Positions 1 through 7,897 of a stretch of 64,000 nucleotides of DNA are shown one piece after another (the first letter of the stretch is position 1; every line of letters begins with the position of its first letter). Below the pieces are notes generated by a model that did no database searches, had not been told where the DNA came from, and saw only the letters and a list, made by a program, of their open reading frames with translations. Origin of the DNA: Candidatus Iainarchaeum sp. (lineage in GTDB: Archaea; Iainarchaeota; Iainarchaeia; Iainarchaeales; JAZDFD01); contig JAZDFD010000001.1 of the NCBI GenBank assembly GCA_043808155.1, forward strand, positions 5,501 to 69,500, in the 5' to 3' direction. The translations under genes were made by a program, and so were the position numbers.

Positions 1-2
1 AT

Positions 3-275
3 ATGTTAAAACAAATACAAAAATTGGAACACTCCCCAACTCTTAATACTGTTTTAATGGTTGAAAATACTCTTAAAAATTTAGACGACAGTATTGTGAC
101 AATTGCTGAACTTAAAAGAAAACTCCCTAAACAAATCAACCACAATATTTTGAAAATCATCCTTGAATATTTAGAAGATAGCAATAAAATCGCAGTCAGT
201 ATTAAAGGAATAACATGGATTCACAACAGAAATCCTGTTTTAAGAAAAGCAATTTCGCAGGGTCTTGAATTATGA
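3..275 (+). CDS. Small protein, putative antitoxin partner of the downstream RelE-like gene (paralog of 55741..56025)
   Basis: Its stop overlaps the start of a RelE-like ORF by 4 nt. A clear paralog of similar length (~90 aa) lies in the same arrangement at 55741..56025. Confidence 0.4.
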   Translation: MLKQIQKLEHSPTLNTVLMVENTLKNLDDSIVTIAELKRKLPKQINHNILKIILEYLEDSNKIAVSIKGITWIHNRNPVLRKAISQGLEL

Positions 276-625
276 AAACAGTACGAGTAATTCTTTCTCC
301 CGAAGCGGAAGAGGTTTACAAATATCTTAACAGCGAGGCGGTTAACTCCAAAACAGAAAGAACGATTCTCAATGCAGTAAATAAAAAAGTTGAGCTGATT
401 AAAGCAAATCCGCATTATGGAAATCCCATAGCCAAAAGATTGATTCCAAAAAAATATAAAGAAAAATATGATATTAACAACCTGTTCAGAATTGAACTGC
501 CAAATGCATGGAGGATGCTTTATTCCCTAACAGAAGGGGAAACAAAAATAGAAATCATTGCTTTTGTTCTTGATTTGATAGACCATAAAAGATACAATAA
601 AAAATTTGGCTATAAAAAGAAATGA
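272..625 (+). CDS. RelE/ParE-superfamily toxin-like protein
   Basis: C-terminal pattern ...WRMLYSL...IEIIAFVLDLIDHKRY resembles RelE-fold toxins. It is paralogous to the frameshifted copy at 56018..56360. Confidence 0.5.
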   Translation: MKTVRVILSPEAEEVYKYLNSEAVNSKTERTILNAVNKKVELIKANPHYGNPIAKRLIPKKYKEKYDINNLFRIELPNAWRMLYSLTEGETKIEIIAFVLDLIDHKRYNKKFGYKKK

Positions 626-639
626 TTTTGAGGAGCTAA

Positions 640-1827
640 TTGTTTTTAAAGTTTACAAACATTAGTGATACTATGACTACGAATGTGACTTATGAGTATG
701 CAAATGCTAAAGAGAAATACGATAATGCAAAAACTCCTGAGGAAAAAATGCTGGCACTGCAGGAAATGCAGAGAACCGCACCCGCACACAAAGGCGGAGA
801 AAAACTAAGAAAAGAAATCTCAAAAAAAATGCTGGCACTGAAAAAGCAAATGATAAAAAACAGGGAACAGCAAAAAAAAGCAGGCTCATCTTCTTCCGGA
901 ATGAATGTAAAAAAAGACGGCATAGGGCAGGTTATTTTAGCAGGTTTTGCAAACACAGGAAAAAGCACATTACTCAATAAACTTGCGAAAACAGATGTTG
1001 AAGTTGCGCCTTATCCTTTCACAACAACAAAACCCGAAGTGGGAATGGCACCATACAAAGGTGCAGGACTTCAGGTTGTTGACCTTCCGGCATTAATGAA
1101 AGGCTCGAGTGAAGGAAAAGCCTCCGGAACACAATTGCTTTCAATAATAAGAAATTCAGATGAAGTTGTTTTTGTGCTTAAGGGAAGTAACGCACTCCGC
1201 GAATTCAAAACACTCATGAAGGAAGTCGAAAATGTCAATATGAAATTCAATCAGGAACGACCAAAAATCAAAATTGAAAGGTCTAATTTTAAAGGGGTTA
1301 CAATTTCAGGAAAACAATTCCTGAAAGTTAAGGAAGATGCATTAATTGGTTTTTTGAAAAGCATTGGTTTTCACCATGCATCTGTTGTTTTGTCAGAAGA
1401 CACTACTCTGGAAAAAGTTGCACAATCCATGAATGATACATTAGTTTACAAAAAAGGATTTTTCATCATAAACACTTTTTTTGGTGTACCCTCCCCAAGA
1501 GATATTCAGAAAATAAAGAAAGTTGCAGATGTTATTGAAGTAAATTCACTTGATGAGGAAGAAATTGAAAAAATAAAAGACATGATGTTTGAGAGACTGA
1601 ATAAAATTCTTATTTACACAAAAAAACCAGGCGGAAAAGTGGAAATGGAACACCCGCTTATTTTAGACATCGGAAGTAAAGTAGAAGACGTGCCAGAACA
1701 TCTTCACAAAGATTTTGCAAAAAATCTAAAATTCGTTAAAGTATGGGGCTCTGCAAAATATGACGGACAAAGAGTTTCAAAAGATTATGAATTAAAGAAT
1801 TTAGATATTATTGAAATTTATTCCTGA
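640..1827 (+). CDS. DRG/Obg-family GTPase with C-terminal TGS domain
   Basis: G1 motif GFANTGKST, followed by PYPFTTTKPEVG and a VDLPAL switch region. The C-terminal TGS-like segment ends ...NLDIIEIY. The true start may be M at 673. Confidence 0.8.
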   Translation: MFLKFTNISDTMTTNVTYEYANAKEKYDNAKTPEEKMLALQEMQRTAPAHKGGEKLRKEISKKMLALKKQMIKNREQQKKAGSSSSGMNVKKDGIGQVILAGFANTGKSTLLNKLAKTDVEVAPYPFTTTKPEVGMAPYKGAGLQVVDLPALMKGSSEGKASGTQLLSIIRNSDEVVFVLKGSNALREFKTLMKEVENVNMKFNQERPKIKIERSNFKGVTISGKQFLKVKEDALIGFLKSIGFHHASVVLSEDTTLEKVAQSMNDTLVYKKGFFIINTFFGVPSPRDIQKIKKVADVIEVNSLDEEEIEKIKDMMFERLNKILIYTKKPGGKVEMEHPLILDIGSKVEDVPEHLHKDFAKNLKFVKVWGSAKYDGQRVSKDYELKNLDIIEIYS

Positions 1828-2669
1828 GAATCAGAATCTGAAGCAACTGATTTTTTATTAGAAAAATGCAGGAATACAAAGATAGCTAAAAGCGCAAGTA
1901 ATCCGCCTGCGATATACAATACAAAACTTCTGTCTTCAACAATTAAATTAAAATTTTTTTGGAATCTGTGTTTTTTACCTTCTAAATCATAGGAAAATTC
2001 AAGCATCACACTGTTGTCTCTCTGTGTTTTTGGTTCTACACTGAATTCCAGGAAAGCATCTATTTGTTTGTCTTCAGGCGTTATCTGGGCAACTGAAAAA
2101 TTATCTGACCGCTGAGAAAGACCTGTCTGAAGTTTTAAATTAGCAGAAAAATTATCAATATTTTTTTCAGATGTGTTTTTTATTGAAAATATTAGTTTGT
2201 TATAGCTTCCGGGGTCTGTTTGAGGGGTTTCAAGCTGAGCCATAACGTCAATCGGATTTTCAATCACATTTAAATAAGTTGTACTGGATTTTGAATATTC
2301 TTCCAGACCATAGTAAACTGAAATATTATAATTTTGGGGAAGTGCGTTTCCGTTTGGTTTTAATGTGAATTCTAAAACTTTCTGTTCGCCTGCTTTTAAA
2401 TCAATGAGAAAATACTTTTCTTTTTCTTCTTCAAAATCGAAAATTAATACAATGCCGTCCTGAGGCATGACCTTGAGTTTCAGTTCTTCATAATCAGAAG
2501 CAGAAGAATTGAAAATAGTTATTTTGTAATGTGCAATTTCTTCAGGATACAGGGAAATCACTTCTTCAGCAGAAATTGGTGCTAAATCAACTAAAAGCTG
2601 GGCATTTGCAGAGGAAATTAAACTAATCAAAATCAGGAATACTGCTAAGTTAATACTTCTGCCAGCCAT
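1818..2669 (-). CDS. Secreted or membrane-anchored hypothetical protein (N-terminal signal peptide, C-terminal TM)
   Basis: N-terminal hydrophobic stretch ends ...SSANAQ and there is a C-terminal TM helix. It overlaps the next gene by 20 nt, suggesting an operon. Confidence 0.4.
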   Translation of the reverse strand: MAGRSINLAVFLILISLISSANAQLLVDLAPISAEEVISLYPEEIAHYKITIFNSSASDYEELKLKVMPQDGIVLIFDFEEEKEKYFLIDLKAGEQKVLEFTLKPNGNALPQNYNISVYYGLEEYSKSSTTYLNVIENPIDVMAQLETPQTDPGSYNKLIFSIKNTSEKNIDNFSANLKLQTGLSQRSDNFSVAQITPEDKQIDAFLEFSVEPKTQRDNSVMLEFSYDLEGKKHRFQKNFNLIVEDRSFVLYIAGGLLALLAIFVFLHFSNKKSVASDSDSQE

Positions 2670-4035
2670 CTAACTCAACTTCGTCTCTTTCATCAGTCTT
2701 TTCATCCAAACGCATTAAAGAAGCAAATTTGCCCCTGTTTCTTATAACATATATTACTGCAATAATTATTAATAATCCTGCACCAACATAAAATAACAGT
2801 GTGGTGTCGACTTCATCATCTTCTTTTACACCCGCCTTGTAAATTAAAATCACAGACTCTTTTATGTCGGGAATTATACTTTCTGAAAGATCGTATTTTT
2901 TCGTTCCGAGATATGAGTTCAGTGTGTTCCATCGTGTTTCAAGTTCAATAACTTTTACATCTTCTGCCCATAAATAACGGTTATATTCGTGAAGAATTGT
3001 TTCTACTCCCTGACTTAAACTTGTGAATCCTGTTTCTTCACTTAATTCAGTATCAACACCGTAAACAGAATTGTACACATTATTTTTCTTAATTCTTGTT
3101 CCTAAGTTTCCCTGATAAACTTCGGTTTTTGAAACTGCAGTGTTGTAAATTTCATTTATTTTTTCGTCTCTTTGTGTAGCGTTGATTGCAAGCACATTAA
3201 TTCTTGAAAAACGCGATGGTACTGCGGAAACTGAAGTAATAAATTTTCTCGTGGACAGGGGAATTTGGGTTAATTGTGATACATCAAGATGGAAAGAACG
3301 CAGGTCATCTTCATATTCTTTCCTGCTTGTATCTAAGTTCTCAAGAGTATCAAATGCATCTTCAATTTCTGCAATTAAATCAACAGTTGCATTCGTGTCA
3401 GGATTATTAAAATAATCTAATTTTGATTCGACAACAGAAGTTATTTCATTTGAAAGCGTGTTTGAAGTTGCAACCATCAATGTTAATTTTGAAATTAAAG
3501 AATCAACATCAATCTGCAGACTTTGATATTCTGCAAGTTCTGTTTTAACACTTGAAAGATCTATTTTTTCAGTAGATAATTCATTTGCTGTGTCTGACAT
3601 AAATTTTGAATTTGCACTTGTAAAAAGCCAGGCATCTGAATCCCATGAATAATCTTCATCAAGTTTTGTGAATTCTCTGAGGAAATAAGCTGTTTTGAAA
3701 AGATTTCTCTGGGTAATAGATTGCACAGGTATGTCTAAAGATGCAACTGACAAGGGAATGAAATCAACTAATGCATTGTTTGAAGTTACTGAAACAACCC
3801 AGTATGATTTTTTATCGTTTTTTATCTGAACTTCAGGGGAAATTATTGCTTTTTCCACACTGTCCAGATAATATTCTCCGGTAACATGATTTATTGCATC
3901 CTGAGATGAAAAATCTGCATAAACAGGAATGGCGAAAATCACCAGAATCAACACAAAGAATATTCTTTTAATCATTCTAATAGAGTAATCTTTTATTATA
4001 TTAAAATATATAGGTGAAATAATGAAAGCAAACAT
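2650..4035 (-). CDS. Surface/envelope hypothetical protein (signal peptide and C-terminal TM anchor)
   Basis: N-terminal TM/signal, a long Ser/Thr/Asn-rich ectodomain, and a C-terminal TM followed by a basic tail. Confidence 0.4.
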   Translation of the reverse strand: MFAFIISPIYFNIIKDYSIRMIKRIFFVLILVIFAIPVYADFSSQDAINHVTGEYYLDSVEKAIISPEVQIKNDKKSYWVVSVTSNNALVDFIPLSVASLDIPVQSITQRNLFKTAYFLREFTKLDEDYSWDSDAWLFTSANSKFMSDTANELSTEKIDLSSVKTELAEYQSLQIDVDSLISKLTLMVATSNTLSNEITSVVESKLDYFNNPDTNATVDLIAEIEDAFDTLENLDTSRKEYEDDLRSFHLDVSQLTQIPLSTRKFITSVSAVPSRFSRINVLAINATQRDEKINEIYNTAVSKTEVYQGNLGTRIKKNNVYNSVYGVDTELSEETGFTSLSQGVETILHEYNRYLWAEDVKVIELETRWNTLNSYLGTKKYDLSESIIPDIKESVILIYKAGVKEDDEVDTTLLFYVGAGLLIIIAVIYVIRNRGKFASLMRLDEKTDERDEVELDGWQKY

Positions 4036-4705
4036 TGTAATGATTGAGCCTGAATACCCGGGAAATATAGGGCTTATATGCAGGGTAATGAAAAACTTCG
4101 GATTTTCAGAGCTAATTCTTGTGAATCCCCAAATTGACCATCTGTCAGGGGAAGCTTACGCGCGTGCAATGCATGCTTCAGATGTTCTGAAAAAAGCCAA
4201 AATAGTTAGTTCTTTGGAAGAGGCAATTTCAAAAAGTGAATACGCAGTGGCAACAACTGCAAAAATAACTAAAGGACACAAGTTATTCAGAACTCCTTTA
4301 ACAGCAAAAGAATTTGCAGATAAATTTTTAGAAGGTAATGCAAAAGTTGCAATTGTTTTGGGACGAGATTCTACAGGACTTACAAACTCAGAAATCAGAG
4401 CCTGCGATTTTGTTGTTCACATTCCCGCATCAAGACAATACTCTACACTTAATATTTCACATTCTGCAGCAGTTATTCTTTATGAGTTATTTCAGAAAAC
4501 AAGCAAGCGTGAATTTAAAACTGCAGACACTAAAAGCAGAAAATTACTTATTGATAAATTTGAGAAATTCATCAGAAACCAAAGTCACATCAAAAACAGA
4601 AAAAATCTGATGATCGCCTTTAAAGGCCTTGTTTCTCGTGCAATGATAACAGATAAGGAAGCTTCTTCTCTTATGAGTGCTTTTGATGATAAGAGCAACA
4701 AATAA
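4022..4705 (+). CDS. SPOUT-class tRNA/rRNA 2'-O-methyltransferase (TrmJ/TrmH-like)
   Basis: N-terminal IEPEYPGNIGLICRVMKNFG with LILV.P, plus the SPOUT motif NISHSAAVILYE. Confidence 0.7.
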   Translation: MKANIVMIEPEYPGNIGLICRVMKNFGFSELILVNPQIDHLSGEAYARAMHASDVLKKAKIVSSLEEAISKSEYAVATTAKITKGHKLFRTPLTAKEFADKFLEGNAKVAIVLGRDSTGLTNSEIRACDFVVHIPASRQYSTLNISHSAAVILYELFQKTSKREFKTADTKSRKLLIDKFEKFIRNQSHIKNRKNLMIAFKGLVSRAMITDKEASSLMSAFDDKSNK

Positions 4706-4808
4706 AAACATAAGCGCAACCCTTACATATGTGCAAACCCATCGCGAGCTAAAGCGAGCGTATGGGTTATAGCTCAAGGATATCGCCTTGGCGAGCTAAA
4801 GCGAGCTA

Positions 4809-4869
4809 GTGTCAGTGCAACTGACACGCGGACTCGCCGGCCGTTCGGCGAGCTCGAGGATATCGCCTT
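4809..4869 (+). repeat. tRNA 5' leader module: hairpin gtgtcagtgcaactgacac plus GC-rich hairpin box actcgccggccgttcggcgag-ctcgaggatatcgcctt, abutting tRNA-Trp
   Basis: The 38 nt at 4832..4869 are identical to the reverse complement of 9675..9712, which abuts tRNA-Pro(TGG). ctcgccg/cggcgag forms a perfect 7-bp stem. Confidence 0.6.
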
Positions 4870-5111
4870 GGGGTCATAGTGTAACCTGGTATCACCACAG
4901 GCTCCAGAATTTTTATTTTTGGAGGCGGAGGGCATGTATTGTGCCCAATGACGAATAACAGGTAGGATGAGTCTGCTTTTGCAGGCAGTGACAAAAAATG
5001 TGAGTGCTTAAAGCACGAACAAGTGTCAGTGAAACTGACACGAATTCGCACGCGGAATTTGCCGCGTAGTGGAGTTACCTGTTAATCTGGGTTCAAATCC
5101 CGGTGACCCCA
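4870..5111 (+). tRNA. tRNA-Trp (anticodon CCA) with a ~169-nt intron at the canonical 37/38 position (about 4908..5076)
   Basis: Manual fold. Acceptor GGGGTCA pairs with TGACCCC, anticodon stem ACAGG pairs with CCTGT, anticodon loop is CTCCAGA, T-arm is CTGGG-TTCAAAT-CCCGG, discriminator A. Intron 3' TGGAG can pair with anticodon-loop CTCCA in a BHB-like arrangement. Confidence 0.8.
4908..5076 (+). ncRNA. tRNA-Trp intron with box C/D sRNA-like motifs
   Basis: C-box-like AATGACGA at 4947 is followed by ATAACAGGT, which is complementary to 3'-exon nucleotides 38-45. GATGAG lies at 4967 and CTGA at 5025. An internal copy of the hairpin plus GC-box module lies at 5014..5076. Confidence 0.4.
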
Positions 5112-5201
5112 CATTTCTTTTTTAGAATATTAATGAGGTATTGAGCGAAATCCGCCAATGGGACATAGAGTGTGCAAAGAACTTTAAGTTAATTGTAATA
5201 T

Positions 5202-6161
5202 GTGTTAGTTATGAACAAAAAATTTACAATTGGTATTCCTGCACATAATGAAGAAGAATCAATTGAAAGAACATTAAATAGTTTACTGAAAAGTAAAGTT
5301 CCCGCAGGTTACGAAAGAGAGATTATTGTTTGTGCGCATAATTGTCATGATAAAACAGCTGAAATAGTAAAACAGATTGCGAAAAAAGATAAAGAGGTAA
5401 AATTAATTGAACTCAGAACAACAGGAAAAAAAGAGGGGCGATTCAATCCATTAAATGAAATTAGGCGTGTCAGTAATTCAGAGATTATTATTTTTTGTGA
5501 CGCCGATGTGATAGTTGATAGCAGAGCCATAGGCAGACTTGTTTTAGATTTTGAAAAAATGCCACATATATTAGCAGCTTCAGGCGTATCGCGACCCACA
5601 GAAAGCAGAATTTTCATAAAACAAAAAGATCCAGCTAATATAATTACGTCTTTGAGAAAAAAACAAATACGAGAACCTGCTTTGCATGGTAGATTGTATG
5701 GAATAAGAACAAAATTAGTTCCGATATTTCCGCCATTAATGTTAGATGACCTTTTTATGTCTGCATGGGTAGGTAAAAACAGAATGCACATCGACCCAGA
5801 CGTAAAAGTATATTCCCGAAGCCCTCAAACAGTTGAAGACTATTATAAAAGACAGGTTTTGATGTACATAGCTGAACAAGAAATACTGGAAAATGCAGAA
5901 CGTTATGCTAAAGAGTACAGAGGAACTAAATCTGCGAGTTTGGATGATTTTATTAAATATGTGGAAGGTGTTGCTAAAAGCTACGAATTTGATCCTAAAA
6001 AAGTCCACAAGCCTCTGACTCAGGAAGAAACGTCTTTTGTTGAAGTTTATAAAATGCTGAGGGAAACAGCGAAAATGCATTCTCAGTGGGAACGTGACCC
6101 TCAGTGGGTTAAGACTCACAGTGCCAAATTGAAAAAAATAAATCCCAGTCACAGAAAATAA
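5202..6161 (+). CDS. Family 2 glycosyltransferase
   Basis: N-terminal IGIPAHNEEESI and CDADV (DxD) motifs typical of GT-A fold GT2. Confidence 0.75.
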   Translation: MLVMNKKFTIGIPAHNEEESIERTLNSLLKSKVPAGYEREIIVCAHNCHDKTAEIVKQIAKKDKEVKLIELRTTGKKEGRFNPLNEIRRVSNSEIIIFCDADVIVDSRAIGRLVLDFEKMPHILAASGVSRPTESRIFIKQKDPANIITSLRKKQIREPALHGRLYGIRTKLVPIFPPLMLDDLFMSAWVGKNRMHIDPDVKVYSRSPQTVEDYYKRQVLMYIAEQEILENAERYAKEYRGTKSASLDDFIKYVEGVAKSYEFDPKKVHKPLTQEETSFVEVYKMLRETAKMHSQWERDPQWVKTHSAKLKKINPSHRK

Positions 6162-6202
6162 ACTGAGAAATCCTTAAATAGTCCTGATTCTTTATTTATA
6201 CC

Positions 6203-6763
6203 ATGGCTATTAAGCAGAGAAATATGCTCTCGGAAGCAAGAAATGCTTTTTCAAAAAGTGATGTTTTCAAACTTCGTGAACTGAGCAATGAAGCCGTGAG
6301 GAACGCCTCACTGAATAATGATAAATTTATGGCAGAAATTGCAATTCTGGCTTATGCACTGCACAAACTTTCATCAAAAGAACACATTACAAAAAGCAGA
6401 CAATGGGAAACTATAAAAAAGAATATTCTGCGTTCAATGAGCAAAACAATTTCACTAATGGAATCTGAAAATTTAAAGGAATTCAAACAAAGTCTTAAAG
6501 AAGTAGTTGAGAGCGTAAGTGATGCAGATACTCATTTGGGCTATTTTTCACAGACACTTTACAGTAAAGCGCGGATAAAAGTTGCATCAACAGCTTATTC
6601 CTTAGGCATGTCTTTAAGTCAGGCAGTTGATTTAACAGATGCAGACAAAAGCAGATTACTTTCATATATTGGTGGCACGAGAATTTCAGACGAAGAAGTT
6701 GTCCACTTGGGAATTGCGGAAAGACTTGAAAAATTAAAGAAAGAACTGAGTGATAAGAAATGA
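6203..6763 (+). CDS. Hypothetical protein
   Basis: ORF with a 4-nt overlap to the downstream PIN-like gene. No recognisable motif. Confidence 0.35.
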   Translation: MAIKQRNMLSEARNAFSKSDVFKLRELSNEAVRNASLNNDKFMAEIAILAYALHKLSSKEHITKSRQWETIKKNILRSMSKTISLMESENLKEFKQSLKEVVESVSDADTHLGYFSQTLYSKARIKVASTAYSLGMSLSQAVDLTDADKSRLLSYIGGTRISDEEVVHLGIAERLEKLKKELSDKK

Positions 6764-7428
6764 AATTTATTGTTGATGCAAGTACACTTATTTCAATTTC
6801 TCAAACCTGTTTGATAAAAACTCTTGAAAATTTAAGACAACTGAGTTGTGAATTCGTAATTACCAAAAGCGTGGAATATGAAGCAGTAACACACCCTATG
6901 CAAATAAAACGTTTTGAACTAAATGCTGAAAGAATAAAAAAATCAATTGATGACGGATGGATTGAAATTTTAGAACCGATTGCGGAAACTGAGGAAATTG
7001 AAAAAAAAATTGAGTTTCTTGCAAATAATTCTTTTTTCTACAAACAAAAACCAATAAAAATAATTCACAGAGGAGAAATTGAAACTCTTGCATTGCTTAA
7101 GACTAGACAAGCAGATGCACTTGTTATTGATGAAAGAACTGCAAGAATGCTTATTGAAAATCCCGAGGCAATGAGAAAAACCATTCAAAGAAGAAAAGGT
7201 CTGATTATCAATAAAAATGAGAAAAATATTTCTGAATTAAAATCAATGTTTGAAGATGTAAGCATTTTGAGATCAACTGAATTAGTTGCGTTTGCATTTG
7301 AAAATGGTCTGCTTAAAGATGAAATTGGGGATACTAAACAGTCACTTGAGGCTGCACTCTACGCAGTGAAATACGCAGGCTGTGCTGTTTCGGGTTTTGA
7401 AATTGAACAGTTTCTGAAGGGAAAATAA
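6760..7428 (+). CDS. PIN-domain protein (PIN_5-like; possible HARP-type nuclease)
   Basis: N-terminal MKFIVDASTLISI (acidic D in strand 1) and a later ADALVIDERTARML segment match the PIN acidic-residue pattern. Confidence 0.45.
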   Translation: MKFIVDASTLISISQTCLIKTLENLRQLSCEFVITKSVEYEAVTHPMQIKRFELNAERIKKSIDDGWIEILEPIAETEEIEKKIEFLANNSFFYKQKPIKIIHRGEIETLALLKTRQADALVIDERTARMLIENPEAMRKTIQRRKGLIINKNEKNISELKSMFEDVSILRSTELVAFAFENGLLKDEIGDTKQSLEAALYAVKYAGCAVSGFEIEQFLKGK

Positions 7429-7889
7429 TGAAAATTCTAAAAGCAGAAAAAGAAGATGTGAATGATATTTTCCCATTGCTTACAAAAGAATTTTCATATG
7501 TGAAAGTGGATTATGCAATTTTACTTAAGAGACTTGATGATGAAAATATTTTCATTTACAAAATAACTGAAAATTCGAAATTTGCAGGATTTATTGATAT
7601 GCAGATTTTGGAGAAAGGGATTGCCAGAATTAATGGGCTTGCGATTGTAGATGACGCACGCGGAAAACATTTGGGAAAAACACTTCTTGAATTTGGAATT
7701 GATTTTTTAAAAAAGAGGGGGATTGAAAGCATAAAACTCCTTGTGAAAGAAAATAATGAAACTGCAAGAAAACTTTACAAAGACGCAGGTTTTTCGTTTA
7801 TAGGTTTGCACCACGAGAACATCGAGGGTGCAGTAATTGAAGAAATGGAACTGAATTTAAGTAAAGAAAAACCAAAAGGCGTTAGTTAA
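7428..7889 (+). CDS. GNAT family N-acetyltransferase
   Basis: Acetyl-CoA-binding motif region INGLAIVDDARGKHLGKTLL...RGIESIKLLV. Confidence 0.75.
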   Translation: MKILKAEKEDVNDIFPLLTKEFSYVKVDYAILLKRLDDENIFIYKITENSKFAGFIDMQILEKGIARINGLAIVDDARGKHLGKTLLEFGIDFLKKRGIESIKLLVKENNETARKLYKDAGFSFIGLHHENIEGAVIEEMELNLSKEKPKGVS

Positions 7890-7897
7890 TCAGTTAA

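Noticed and set aside
4744-4871. Direct repeats near tRNA-Trp considered as a mini-CRISPR array. The repeats are gcgagctaaagcgagc (two copies) and c-tc-a/g-aggatatcgccttgg (two copies).
   Set aside because: There are only two copies of each, with irregular spacing, no cas genes, and the repeats overlap the tRNA leader. They look like local duplications of the leader module, not CRISPR.
4544-5051. ORF-track frames 4544..4777 (-) and 4812..5051 (-)
   Set aside because: They lie over the structured region upstream of tRNA-Trp and inside the tRNA-Trp intron. There is no coding signal, and the intron reading is consistent with a tRNA fold.
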